NCBI RefSeq assembly: GCF_006345805.1
Contig: NC_042997.1
Coordinates: 19,158,001-19,222,000, forward strand
DNA length: 64,000 nt
Origin: Octopus sinensis
Taxonomy: Eukaryota
Direction of reading: 5' to 3'
The notes beneath the pieces are model-generated. The model ran no database searches, had not been told where the DNA came from, and worked only from the letters and a program-made list of their open reading frames with translations. This document shows, piece by piece, positions 25,777 to 38,767 of this stretch. The position numbers and the translations under genes are program-made. How positions within the stretch are numbered: position 1 is the stretch's first letter; each line of letters begins with the position of its first letter.

Positions 25777-25941
25777 ATTAATAATGGGTGCCAGATGTAA
25801 CCAGTTACCCTGTTTAACACCACGATCTGGGTGTCTTTGTCTGAGTCCAAGAACTCAGGCCAAGTTTGTCAGCTGGGAACACATTCCAACAAGCCTTGAA
25901 GATTCTGAAAAAAATCATTAGTGATGCTCTTCTTCCTCTGA
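25777..25941 (+). CDS. Candidate exon (LIMGARCNQLPCLTPRSGCLCLSPRTQAKFVSWEHIPTSLEDSEK/IISDALLPL) needing a 1-nt fix in an A7 run
   Basis: Acceptor taatag, donor CTGA|GTAAGG; frame is continuous only if the A7 at 25908-25914 is A6. Confidence 0.2.
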
Positions 25942-26164
25942 GTAAGGCATAAAACAATTTTAAGCAATAAAAAAATAAGGTATTAAATGAATTAGCATAA
26001 TGTATGAGACTCTCCTCGGCTTCATTGAGCACTGAATGTAATAGTTATTTTCTGGGTGCTTTTTTTTTGGTGGGGTATCCAACATAGTGATATCTCAAAT
26101 AACATCAACCAGTGTGTTCTTTCTTATTAAGGTGGTAGGGTCTGATCTGAGTGACATTTAGTTT

Positions 26165-26570
26165 TATTTACTCTTTTACTTATTTCAGTTATTTGACCGT
26201 GGCCATGCTGGAGCACAGCCTTTAGTCGATCAAGCAAATCGACCCCAAGACTTATTCTTTGTAAGCCTAGTACTTATTCTATCGGTCTCTCTTGCTGAAC
26301 TGCTAAGTTACTTGGACGTGAACGCAACAGCATTGGTTGTCAAGCGATGCTGGGGGGACAAACACAGACATATATATATGCACATACACATATATATATG
26401 CATATATACGACGGGCATCTTTCAGTTTCCGTCTACCAAATCCACTCACAAGGCTTTCAGCCTGAGACAATAGTAGAAGACACTTGCCCAAGGTGCCATG
26501 CAGTGGGACTAAACCTGGAACCATGTGGTTCATAAGCAAGCTACTTACCACACTGCCACTCCTACGCCTG
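26165..26570 (-). mobile_element. SINE family B
   Basis: Near full-length family B head, core and tail. Confidence 0.88.
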
Positions 26571-27477
26571 GAAAGTTAAGCACCAGCATAGAGATTCTTT
26601 CAATGGTCCATCAAGGTAGATAGTCTTTTAATTGATCATCATGGATTGGTTTGCTTTACTGTGTAAGAAAAGATATATCTAAAGGTAAACACGTGATAGA
26701 GATTTTACTGAATAAAGAGTGTAACTAGTCACCTTTAACAGTTTAATGCATATTAAAAAGGGAGGATGCATGCTCATAACATCTATGTGACAAGTATTTA
26801 GGTGTATGGAACTTCATAAATGGTAATTATCGAAACAGGTAATTCAGTCATTAGTGTCAGGTTTATTTTAAAGCTTAGATGCAAATGTTGCTTCTAATAG
26901 CAGGACTATTGAAAACTAGAGTTAGATATTTCTAACAAAGCAAACAGAAAACAGAATATTAATTTTTAAGTCAAATATGTTGCTTCAAGTTATAAATATA
27001 CTTCAAACGAAATTGCAGTATTTATAATTTCTAATAATAACAGCTTGTATCATTGAAGAGCTATGAAGTCTAGTAATAATGTTTATATATATATTTATGA
27101 TTAGTCGCTTGTAGTTGAAGTTGTACCATGAAGAGAGAGAGAGGAGGATGGAGAGGGAGAGAGAGAGAGTAATACTAATGTCAAAAGTGGCATTTATTTG
27201 CAAATTTTATGTAGAACTGAAGTTTCCATTTATGACTGTTCTTATATGAATGTAAATATTAATCTTTTGCAGTAGACCAAACAAAAGCCAGTTTAACAAT
27301 TGCCACTAATAAGTGCATGAGATTGCCAATGGTTCCATGATACATCAAAATGAGCTTATTTTTAAATGAAATTATCTGATTAAAACCTTCCTTTATCATT
27401 TTCACTCCTCAAAATTTTGGATTATTTTTTAAAAAATAACTTTTGATTTTTATATTGTTTTTTCCTTAATATCCTTA

Positions 27478-27825
27478 TAGGCGCAGGAGTGGCTGTGTAG
27501 TAAGTAGCTTGCTTACCAACCACATGGTTCCAGGTTCAGTCCCACTGCATGGCAGCTTGGGCAAGTGTCTTCTACTATAGCCTCAGGATGACCAAAGCCT
27601 TGTGAGTGGATTTGGTAGATGGAAACTCAAAGAAGCTCATCGTATATATATATGTATATGTATGTGTGTGTTTGTGTGTCGGTGTTTGTCCTCACCAACA
27701 TCGCTTGACAGTACTAGGCTTACAAAGAATAAGTCCTGGGGTCGATTTCCTTGACTAAAGGTGGTGCTCCAGCATGGCCACAATCAAATGACTGAAACAA
27801 GTAAAAGAGTAAAAGAGTATCCTTT
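27478..27825 (+). mobile_element. SINE family B
   Basis: taggcgcaggagtggctgtgtagtaagtagc...gctccagcatggcca...aagagtaaaagagta tail. Confidence 0.88.
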
Positions 27826-30567
27826 TCTATTACCATCAGAAATAGTCTGCACCAAAAGAGATACTCTGCAAATAGCACTGGCCATTGATCTCTATAAATA
27901 TCAAGGTTAGAAACATTATTAAATTTTATATTGCATTTAACCAAATCCACACTAATTTATGAAATGTATATTATTCTCAAAGTTCCTCTAGTAAAGTAAT
28001 GTGTTGTAAGGTAGTAAGCTGGCAGAATCATTAGCATGGTGGGCAAAATGCTTAGTGGCTTTCCATCTGGTTTTTACATTCTGTGTTCGAATTCCACCAA
28101 GGTCAGCTTTGCCTATCATTCTTTCGGAGTTACTTTTTCCTGGAAAATGAATTCCAAGTGTAAAATATAAAAGAGAATGGTAGACAGTGTATTTTACTAG
28201 AAATATAGTAATTAAAGTAATTAGTAATGTTGAAGCATATATTGTAAATAACTTTATATCTATCTTGTAATTCTATAATTCTATACTATAATTCTTTCTA
28301 ATTTAGGTACAAGTACAGCAATTTTGAGAGAAGTGTGGGTTAATCAATACTGTCAGTCTCAGTAATGAGTAGTATTTTATTTTATTGATCCCAGATGGAT
28401 TAAGAATAGAAAAAAAAAATTAGTCACCCTTGGCAGGATTTGAACTTCAAAACAATAGAGCCAGAATAAATATCAGAAGGCATTTTTATTCCATTTCCTT
28501 CCTGCACTTAAAAATTGATCATAATGTTTCTTTTTTTTAATATAGAAACTATTAGTGTAAGGTTTTAATAAATTTTGCTTTTCATGATTTACATATTTTG
28601 TACAAGTTAGATCTTGCTCTTTTTAATGTATGTTTTATTCACTGCCATTGCTTGATGATCATGTTAGCATTTGGAGTTTATTGCAAGTTTCAAATTTATA
28701 GTCATTTTCAAATTTGTGTGACATCTATCACTTTTGAATATGATGGAAATTTAAAATTTCCTTTGTCAAAACATTAGAGTGTTGATCTAGCTGATGCAAA
28801 GTGATTATCACACATACATGCTTATACATACATGTGCAGGTGTGTGTGCATACATCTTCAACAAATTAGTGTCTTCAACAAATTTTCTGTACAACTTAGA
28901 AGGATTATGTGAATGAGGTTGAGGTCTTGGAGCTAGCGAATATTAAAAGTTTTTTTTATGACTTAGCAGACTTAGGTTGACCAACCACGTAGTTTGTATG
29001 CAAGATGAAATATTTCAAAATGTCAACTTTATTGAGATGTATGTTCTGTGAAACTATCTCCTTTGACAAAGTTAACATACAAGAGCTGCCTTTAATCCTA
29101 TTTAAAAAATGCAATATTCATGTGTTAAGTTGGGAAAATTATTATCAATAACAGTGCATCATAGAGAAAAATATACACTGAATGCATCCATGCATTTTGA
29201 AAAGAATTGCATTAAACAGGCGAAATGAAAGTTGAGACAAAAGGTTAAAAACCCTTAAGCTCCTGGTATTTTGTAATATTTTATACTTGTACTCATCAAG
29301 TCGCTTAACAAAGTGAAATTTGTTAAAAGAAACAACTTAGAATATTTATATTTTGATTCTGCATTCACAAATTAACCTTTTCCCTAATCTCTGGAGATTT
29401 CAGGCCTGCATGCCTGAGTGCTCATGCTTTAATTCAGTTTGTATTTCACTCTTCATTTCTTTCTAGCTTTCACTACCCCAAAATTATTCACTTGCATTTT
29501 GTCATACCATGTCTAACCTGCAATGGCTCTTTGAGTCAATGCAAAAAAATATTCCTCCATGAGGACATGATACTACCTTCAAATGAGCATATATCAACGT
29601 AACAATCTTGTAACTGATTGTTTTTATTTTTGACAGCACACAGTCAAAACCCTCAAAATTACTACAAATGCTACACTTCACACTTATTGATCCTTACTGG
29701 TGATTTCACATATAAGGCAACAAAAACTCCATCTCAAGGACTACGTAACTTTACCCTTCATACCCAAAAGTACTTCTACCCAAACAAAACTGCTAACTGT
29801 CTGTCTTTGCAAAGCTAAAGTATAGCCCACAATGTAATACCAATTCTACACAACTTCAGAACTAAGCTCTCTGACAACATTAACACAAGAACATTGAAGG
29901 CCAGGAGAATTATGATCATTGATTCTTCTAGTTATTTTGAAAGTCTAAAAGTTGAAACACGCCCATCCAGATGATACCAGATAGAAATTCCATCTGAAAT
30001 TTGAGGTATTGAATGCGTCATAGATTTACTGTAAAGCTTGAACCAGATAGTAACAAGAACATATCCTTCTTTAACACCCTGATAAATAAAGAAATATGGG
30101 AAAATGTACCCTTTCTAGAGAATATGTTTTGAAGAGCTTTACTTAAGTGGTAATGTGGACACTCAAATGTTCCATAACCTTTTGATAACCACAGCCTTGT
30201 GGAAAGCTCATTCCCTAATGGTGAAACTGCTTATGAAGCTAATTGAGTTTAATAACTAATGCAACAGTTGAGAGAATTTCTCTGTGATAAAGCATCAGCT
30301 GAAGGTACACAAATTAACAATGGCACACCAAAAGCTAAATAGATTTTTCTCTTAAGGTAATTGAAAATGATATTCTTAACAACTTACAATTTATTAATAT
30401 TTTGGAGAAATTTGTTGAAAAGAAATTACATGTCGCAAATGCTTGAGTGTTAATTGTGGTTATTTTTTGCAAAATAAGTATTATATTTCTTTAAACTTTT
30501 CCTTATCAAAATAACACTTGCATGTGCCTAGTGATTGTAGTGCAGGGATCTATAATATTTTGATCAG

Positions 30568-30716
30568 TCTCTTGTGGTACAATCTGCATTGGAACAATTG
30601 TCCTTAAAGGTGACAGCAAACAGGTTATTGTACAGAAGAAAGAGTGTAAGGGTCATGACCAAGTCCTGCTGAATACTAAAGATTTTGGAGTGTGTACTTT
30701 AGAAAGAACCCCATCA
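30568..30716 (+). CDS. Candidate internal exon (SCGTICIGTIVLKGDSKQVIVQKKECKGHDQVLLNTKDFGVCTLERTPS), product unknown
   Basis: Acceptor attttgatcag, donor TCA|GTGAGC, 49 open codons, phase 1 to 0, GNN-rich. Confidence 0.25.
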
Positions 30717-30954
30717 GTGAGCATTGCAACTGGAAAATCTCACAGACTCTGATGCAGATGTGAATGAAACCCACAGATGAGACCAACACCAGAATATCTT
30801 ATTGGATACTTTACTCTAGGTCTTGTAAGATAGAATGGCACTTAAAAAAAGCACCATTTGAGTGTGGCTGATGCAGCCTTCTGGTTCACCAGCCCTCAGT
30901 CAAACCATCCAACTCATGCCAACATGAAAAGCGGATGTTAAACGATGATGATGA

Positions 30955-31047
<93 letters not shown>

Positions 31048-32895
31048 TGTATGTATATATATATGTGTGCAGATTTCTATGTTTTGATTTATGTACATCT
31101 CATGCATATAGTTGCATATTTAAACATGCTCATATATACTTAAATGATAAACTTCTGGAAAGTTTCACAAACTTTTACAGTTCCAGTGATGGATTGAATA
31201 TATAGTCTTCAAATCAGCTTTTTCCATTCTGGTTTTGAGAAGCCTAATTTCTCAAGATTGGTATTTAGGCAGTGTGTTACATATCCCATGACCTCAATAA
31301 TTACATGTATAAAGTTGAACTTGTATTCTGTATGATGTATGTATGTATGTATGTATGTATGTATGTATAAAACAGAATTAAGCTGTCACAGATATGAAGC
31401 AAGTTTATATTTATCATTATTGTTTATCTTATATAGCCCTGATCAGCTCCAAGGTAATCTCGTTGCCACAAGAGACGTCTGATGGAATCAAATTCTACTC
31501 AACCAGGAGATAAATTACACTGGTTTACTGGACTAGAATAATGTTAAAACAATAGATATTGTGTGAAAACTCTTTAAGATTAGTAATATATTGAGGAGGC
31601 TAAATTTCAAGTGTGTATTCATTAGCAATCTTCTTTGATGTGGCATCAAGAGCATTCAAGAGGATAGATATGTGAAAATTATTAGAAAAATAGAAATAAT
31701 GGTTAGCAAGTACTTCTTTATCACTATAAACTCTTTAATGGTTCTAGAATTTAGTCTGAAAGACGATCTGAATTATGCATGTTGTAACATTTTACTTGTT
31801 TCAGCTTGAAAATAGATGTCTTTCCCTTCTGAAGCCACTGGGAATAAAAATAAAATGCAAAACAATTTTGAGAATATCTTTTGTTAGCATACTAAAGTGT
31901 ATGTTTATAATTTGAGTCACTGTTTACATAACACACACACACGTGCGCGCATGCATGCAAATGGCAATGCATTGAAATTACTGTGGTGAAAAAATTCTCT
32001 CTCCTGGTAAAAGGTATAAAAACACCACATCTGTCTAAGGTTGCACTCTGTCAAATTTTCAGGGTCAGTATTTCTAGCTCTTTAGCTGTCATCAATGGGA
32101 GATATTAAAAAGAAGTAACTCTGGGCAGATTTAAAGCCATAGCCTTAACCAAAACACAGCCAACAACACTGAATTGTGCTATTGGACTGCCAGGTCAAAA
32201 GAAATTCAGCGGTATCAGTGCCATGCAGTGTTTATGCATAAGCAAGCTTTAGGTTAGTCAAAATATGCTTTGCCATACAAGAGGATTTTTTCTTCACAGT
32301 GACTGCAACAAATTTTCCTTGAAACGTTGAAATATGCCACAAGCATACTTTAACTTACCTTAAATTCACTTATGCCTAAACATTACTTGGCTCTGATACT
32401 GCTGAGTATATATATACTGTAATTCTTGGTAAATTAATTTGATGTTCCTCCATAATATGCAGATTCTCATATCACCATTAGGTGCAAATGTAGCAATTAA
32501 TTGTGACATTTAATTTAAACGAAGCCTTATCACTCAAAAAAATCTTTGTTGGAAAGCATATATCCCACATATCTTACCAAGTACCACTCACAAGTGATAG
32601 AGTGATAGCAAGTTGCATTTAAATGATGATAAATCACATAAGTGAAACTGTTTGAAACTCTTTCTAAATTGTCAGCTCTTGAATTGTGTTTTCAATCTGT
32701 TGGTGGCACTTTAGAACACATTTCCTTTGTTCAAAGCTTGGTCAGGCTCCCTTCATTATTTTTCATTGGTTAACTCTAAAAAGAAATGAAAATTAAATGA
32801 TTTATCAGCTGTTAATTTGTCTATAAATGGTTTGGGGTGGAGGAAACCCTGTTGCTCTGTGTACACACACACACACGTATACATATATATATATA

Positions 32896-34716
32896 TCATC
32901 ATCATCATCATCGTTTAACGTCCGTTTTCCGCGCTAGCACGGGTTGGATGGTTCGACCGGGGTCTGGGAAGCCAGGGGCTGCACCAGGCTCCAGTCTGAT
33001 CTGGCAGTGTTTCTACAGCTGGATGCCCTTCCTAATGCCAACCACTCCGCGAGTGTAGTGGGTGCTTTTTACGTGCCACCTGCACAGGTGCCAGGGGGGT
33101 CTGGCATTGGCCACGATTGGTTGGTGCTTTTAATGTGCCACCGGCATGGAAGCCAGCCAAGGCGGCGCTGGCATCGGCCATGTTCGGATGCTGCATTTTA
33201 TGTGCCATCGGCACAGAAGCCAGTCAAGGCGGCACTGGCATTGGCCACGTTCAGATGGTGCTTTTTATGTGCCACCAGCACAGAAGCCAGTCGAGGCGGT
33301 GCTGGCAACGGACACGTTCGGATGGTGCTTTTTATGTGCCACCGGCACAGGTATCACAACTACTATTTCCATTGATATTTGTTTCGATGTTCATGTACAT
33401 GCACTTGACTCAACAAGTCTCCTCAAGCACAGCGAGATGTTCTGGGATCCAAGGTACTTTGAATGGGCAGGGGCTATGCGGTACTGGTGCCAGAAGCATC
33501 CCGGGTCTTTGCAGTCACAGCACATCTCCAGAGATCTCGGTCCTTCGCCATTGCCTCAGTGAGGCCCAACGCTCTGAGGTCATGCTTGACTACCTCATCC
33601 TATATCTTCCTGGGTCTACCTCTCCCCCTGATTCCGCAGTACATGACCATACCATTGCAAGCGTCACTCTTGCACACTGCATCTGATGCTTCTTATGTCT
33701 AGCATTTCTCTCAGGGTGCTTCCACTCTGTCGTGCATTCACACTGACATTACACATCCAGCGGATCATGCTAGCTTCATTTCTTTCAATTCTACGCATGT
33801 CCTCTGCAGTCATGGCCAATGTTTCACTACCGTGAAGCATGGCAGTTCACACACATGCATCATACAATCTACCTTTCACTCTGAGTGAGAGACCCTTTGT
33901 CGCCAGTAGGGGTAGGAGCTTTCTAAACTTTGCCCAGGCTATTCGTATTCTAGTGGTGACACTCTCTGAGCATCCACCTCCACTACTAACTTGGTCACAC
34001 AGGTAGTGGAAAATATCAACTACTTCTAGTTTCTCCCCCTGGAGTGTGATGGAATCTGTTTTCTGAGTATTTGTGGTGTCTATTGTCCCTGTGCATCTGC
34101 CGCACATGAAAGCTATCTTATCAGTTAATTTCCCTTTGATGTTGCTGCACCTCTTATGCATCCATAGCTTACACTGGGTGCATCTTATGGAGTTTCTACC
34201 TACACCTTTCCTACGGATCGAGCAGGGCCACCTGCCCGATGGAGTGTGTGCTGAGTTTGCCTTTCTGCTTACTATAACTTTGGTCTTCGCTACATTTACT
34301 CTAAGGCCCTTTGATTCTAACCCTTGTTTCCACACCCGAAATTTCTTTTTCTAGTTCCAGTAGTGATTCTGCTATGAGAGCCAGGTCATCAGCATAGAGG
34401 AGCTCCCAGGGGCAACCTGTTTTGAATTCCTCTGTTATTGCCTGGAGGACTATGATAAATAAAAGTGGACTGAGGGCTGAGCCTTGGTGTACACCTACTT
34501 CTACCCAGAATTCTTCACTATATTCGTTACCAATCCTAACCTTGCTGACAGCCTCTCTGTATAGGGCCTGTACAGCCCTTATTAGCCATTTGTCAATCTC
34601 CAGTTTCCGCATCGACCACCAGATAAGGGATTGGGGGACCCTGTCAAAGGCTTTCTCCAAGTCCACAAAAGCTATGTAGAGGGGTTTATCTTTAGTGTAG
34701 AGGGGTTTATCTTTAG

Positions 34717-34718
<2 letters not shown>
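32896..34718 (-). mobile_element. RTE-clade LINE, 5'-truncated, frameshifted ORF2
   Basis: LYIAFVDLEKAFDRVP, GVHQGSALSPLLF, LLYADDL, GLRVNVAKTKV, Cys-rich knuckle, GRLYDACV, RLRWYGH-type C-terminus; 3' UTR with ~67-bp modules and (CAT)n tail; 21-bp duplication (KDKPLY x2) at the 5' junction. Confidence 0.95.
33061..33350 (+). repeat. ~67-bp tandem array (4.5 copies) in the RTE 3' UTR
   Basis: Units start near 33061, 33123, 33190, 33257 and 33324 with ggtgctttt(t)atgtgccaccggcac...gccag...ctggc...ggccacgttcggat. Confidence 0.9.
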
Positions 34719-34764
<46 letters not shown>

Positions 34765-35344
34765 TTGTGTATGTATTCAATCTGTACAGCAGTGGTTAAC
34801 TCTATTATAATACATACATACACACACGCACACACATATACATACATACATACATACATACATGATGATGACGGCTACCCCCTCGTTATCAAGTATGGCC
34901 ATTGCATGAGGCTTAACTGTTATTGGTGCTGTGATCGAATGTGAATTTTATTTGCTTTTTAAGGCTACAGCCAGCCATTCAGTTGAGACTCATAGCACCA
35001 TCAACAATCATGAACAATGTTGTTATCATGCAATGCCTGTGCAGGAAGATTTTTTTTAAAGTGAAGAAAGGCTGTGCACTGAGTCAATCCCACTCACTAA
35101 GCAACAACAGCCATAATCCGAAAAGAAGAACAAGTCAACATCACCAGTAACCACTGAGCCGCAGGTTTTATGTTGGAGTTATCCCAGTTACCTGAGTTAC
35201 CTTCTCCTAGAAGGATGCCTTAACAAGGGCTAGGAGTCCTTCACTTCCAATGGTTTAAAAGCGTAATCGGGTATTCAGTCCAATTATTTCTATGTCCCCA
35301 CGCATGATACACCCTTAAGCCTTAAGAAAAAAAAAAAGTTACAC

Positions 35345-35547
35345 ATTTATTGGATGGCCGTTGACTCCGAAGAGTTCCTCCGCCCTTTGACGGGTTTTGT
35401 TTTTTATCCCGCAGGGTGTCCAGTAAGCACCCATCTCACCAAGCAAGCTTGGTGGGGTTGCCAGTTTGGTCGCTGACGGCTCGACCATGCAACAGGTTGT
35501 ACTGAGTTACATGTTATCAGTAGCACTCGAAAGTGACCTGACATAAA
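35345..35547 (-). repeat. ~190-nt GC-richer structured repeat (possible LINE 5' leader)
   Basis: Minus strand has hairpins ACUGA/UCAGU, GGUCG/CGACC, CACCAAGC/GCUUGGUG and GCGGG/CCCGU; related copies at 12580 and 43261. Confidence 0.6.
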
Positions 35548-35549
35548 CA

Positions 35550-35580
<31 letters not shown>

Positions 35581-36421
35581 CTTAATAATGGTAATAATAA
35601 CAAACAATTTTACTTATGGAGAAAACACCAACAAATTCAAAATATATTTTAGTGACAAATTTATTGACTCAGAGCATTGGCAATAATTACAAGAGATTAC
35701 ATTTATTATGAAAATGTCACAATGAATCGAAGGAATTAATGATCAACTATTTCAAACCCCAAATACATTATTTTATTAAAATGAAAATTATAAGATGAGA
35801 GAAAGACATTTAGTATTTTCTATAACCACAATTGATAGGGAGAAGATAACAAATATTAAATCAGCAGATATTTTGTATAATTTTGACACAAATTATAATC
35901 TGTTTCCTTACTTTAATGACTGCTATAACATACTATTACAAAACCAAGGAAAACTTTATGGGATAGATTTAAAAGAATCAGTATAAGAAAAATCCAAATT
36001 AAAGGAACAAAAGGAAAATAAAAGCAGCTTAAGCGAACATACTAAAATTTGATTGATTCAAGACAATAAAGTTTATGACTTCAGATATTTCAGCATGAAT
36101 TTCAGAATCAGTAAATTTCCTAAAAGCTGGAAGTTACTTAGGTTGGAAGAGAAAAAATTACATTTTTACAATACATGAACTCACAATTTTCCATTATATT
36201 TCTTTATAGTTATTTAATGTGAATACTACAATGCTGCAAGCTTTACTCAAAATGTACAGCAGACTATCAATAACTGTACAATTTCCATTTTAAAGTTTGC
36301 TGTCCACTTGGATGTAGCTTCCAGCCTGTGTATATTTATATAAAACAACTGATGGAACAATTTTATGGAAAAAAATTTTGTTTCATTAACAAATACAACA
36401 GTTTACCAAGTTTTGTTACAT

Positions 36422-36580
36422 TTAAAAAGAACTGTAAGCTGCTGATTCTTCGTTCCAATCTTTTACTATATTCTGTCTGAATTTGAATTCATAACCCTTT
36501 TCAGACCTTTTCATCCTATAAAGCCTTCTGTATCTCTCAGAAGGAATGAGAATTCCTTTTAATGCAGAAGATGCAACTTT
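36422..36580 (-). CDS. Candidate terminal coding exon (KVASSALKGILIPSERYRRLYRMKRSEKGYEFKFRQNIVKDWNEESAAYSSF*)
   Basis: NAGNAG acceptor cttgtttgccagtag, phase 0 (fits the 37451 exon), followed on the minus strand by T-rich 3'UTR-like sequence with AATAAA near 35660-35775. Confidence 0.3.
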   Translation of the reverse strand, partial: KVASSALKGILIPSERYRRLYRMKRSEKGYEFKFRQNIVKDWNEESAAYSSF

Positions 36581-36621
36581 CTACTGGCAAACAAGCATGA
36601 GAGAATGCCAAGAAGCACCCT

Positions 36622-37035
36622 CTTTACTCTTTTACTCTTTTAATTGTTTCAGTCATTTGACTGTGGCCATGCTGGAGCACCACCTTTAGTAGAGCAACTC
36701 GACCCCAGGACTTATTCTTTGTAAGCCTGGTACTTATTCTATCAGTCTCTTTTGCCGAACCACTAAGTTACAGGGACATAAACACACCAGCATCAATTGT
36801 CAAGTAATGTTGGGGTGACAAACACAAACACACACACACACACATATATATATACACACACATATATACGACGGGCTTCTTTCAGTTTCCGTCTACCAAA
36901 TCCACTCACAAGGCTTTGGTCAGCCTGAGGCTATAGTAGAAAACACTTGTCCAAGGTGCCACACAGTGGGACAGAATCCAGAACCATGTGGTTCGTAGGC
37001 AAGCTACTTACCACACAGCCATTCCTACTCCTCGG
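36622..37035 (-). mobile_element. SINE family B
   Basis: Near full-length family B copy. Confidence 0.88.
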
Positions 37036-37450
37036 CAATAAATGGTTCCTAACTCACAGAATACCAGAACACCATAGTAAAGCTTTTTGTGCCAAATAAG
37101 TTCATTTGACAAATCAACATTACATACTTGCTGTAGCTTTTATTTTGCAAATAGTTTTAAATCATTTAAAAGACAACAAACCTAAAAGTAGTACTGCTTC
37201 TCAAAAGACAAATCAAGGAAAGAAAAGAATATTTTCAAGAATAAAAAGTTTGATGTTGTTCTACATCATCAACATTATTAAGAAGTGTTTATAAACTATG
37301 CATCTTTGATGAGATTGCTATTAGAAAGCAATGTTTGATTAACGATGTACCCAGGAGCAAACAGTTTTTAGTTCAATGGACAAAGTTTGATGAAAGATGA
37401 CACTTGAAAATTTCTACTGAATAATGGTTAATAACAAGTAGTTCACATAC

Positions 37451-37618
37451 TGCATCATTCATCTTCAGTCTGAGACTGTGTTGTTCCTTCATAAGATATT
37501 CAACAAAGCTCTGTAGATTGACTGGATCACCACCAGTACAAAGTTCATGAAACATTGATCCCTGTTTAAGTACTAGAATCGGTTTAACTGCCTCTACTTT
37601 AGTTTCCAAATTCATAGG
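37451..37618 (-). CDS. Candidate internal exon, EF-hand-like (PMNLETKVEAVKPILVLKQGSMFHELCTGGDPVNLQSFVEYLMKEQHSLRLKMNDA)
   Basis: Lies in an 88-codon ORF; acceptor ctctattgcattaag, strong donor GCA|GTATGT, 168 nt phase 0-0. FHEL..GGDPVNLQSFVEYLMKEQ resembles PLC/spectrin-type EF-hand-like helices (by eye). Confidence 0.45.
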
Positions 37619-37969
37619 CTTAATGCAATAGAGTGGCATAAATTATAGAATCCTGCATTTAAATCATTTAATTTCATTTATGAAATTCAAAGTTTGTCTT
37701 TCTTTTGTCTGCATAAACATGATCATGGGTAATTCCAACCATGACCACCATTCCAACTTATTTTTAAGCATAATAAATCAAGGATCTCATTACCTATAAT
37801 GGCCTTTCGTTTTTAAAGTTGATTTGAGGGAGATTTAGCTGCTATTTCCAGAAGGTTGAGGGAAGAGTAAACCATACTGGATATTCAAATGTATTTATAA
37901 CCTCAGTTCAAATTAGAACAGAAACTGTTTTTTATCGTTTAGATGTTCATAACAGGAATATCTGTAATA

Positions 37970-38348
37970 CACTTGCGTCAGAAATTAATTAGCACTTCTA
38001 AATTTCTACATTAAATAGGTTAAATCAATTAACCTATGAGCTGTTCAAAACGTCTTACGCAATGAGAAAACTTAGTATGGTGTGATTTCGGTCCTTGCGA
38101 GGCGCTACCTATATCTATTAAACAAAGGAAGATTTGTCTGCATCCGCACTCCAAGTTGTTGTTGCACTGCTATGTCAACATCATAAGGCTGTAGACTCTC
38201 AAACTGCTCTGCAAACAAAGTTACGTCATCGTTCTGCGCAACAGTGAACTCGCAACAAAGCAATAGTTCGAGATATGGCCACTAGGTGACAGCACATACC
38301 TTGAGTGAAGAGCAAATCAAGGGTGCTAATTAATTTCTGACATTAGTG
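37970..38348. mobile_element. Tc1-type internally deleted element / MITE
   Basis: Imperfect 28-bp TIRs cacttgcgtcagaaattaattagcactt / gggtgctaattaatttctgacattagtg, TA on both sides. Confidence 0.85.
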
Positions 38349-38767
38349 TAAGCACACACTACAAAGAGTAGAGGGGAAATGAGCAGAGAAAGTGTAGGGT
38401 TGTAAAGTTACCTTAGTTCTCTCTATTCAAGAATCATTCAACATCTCTTTAGTTGGTGCCTTGAGAAAATTCACCCAGTGCACTGTGTAAAGTTGTTGGC
38501 AATAGAAAGGGAATACATCTTTAGAAACGAAGTCAAATTGCAGCATCATTCTCATCAGCCTGAAAATACCTACAAAGACCATGAGAATAGTTCATTCTTT
38601 TAAACTAAATCATTTCCACGAGAGTGAAGTGATTTTGTTTAAATGATTTTAGAATATTAACCCTCAAATGAATACTTTATTTCTTGATTATTTTCTTATG
38701 TAAAGCTTCAAATCCATTCTTTTTATATTTCACACATCCATAGCATCATCTAAGCTGGTGGACTAAC

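Noticed and set aside
29670-30100. LILTGDF (APE-like) and FTVKLEPDSNKNISFFNTLI (PLE RT-like) snippets
   Set aside because: Too short and isolated to call an element; may be very old retroelement debris.
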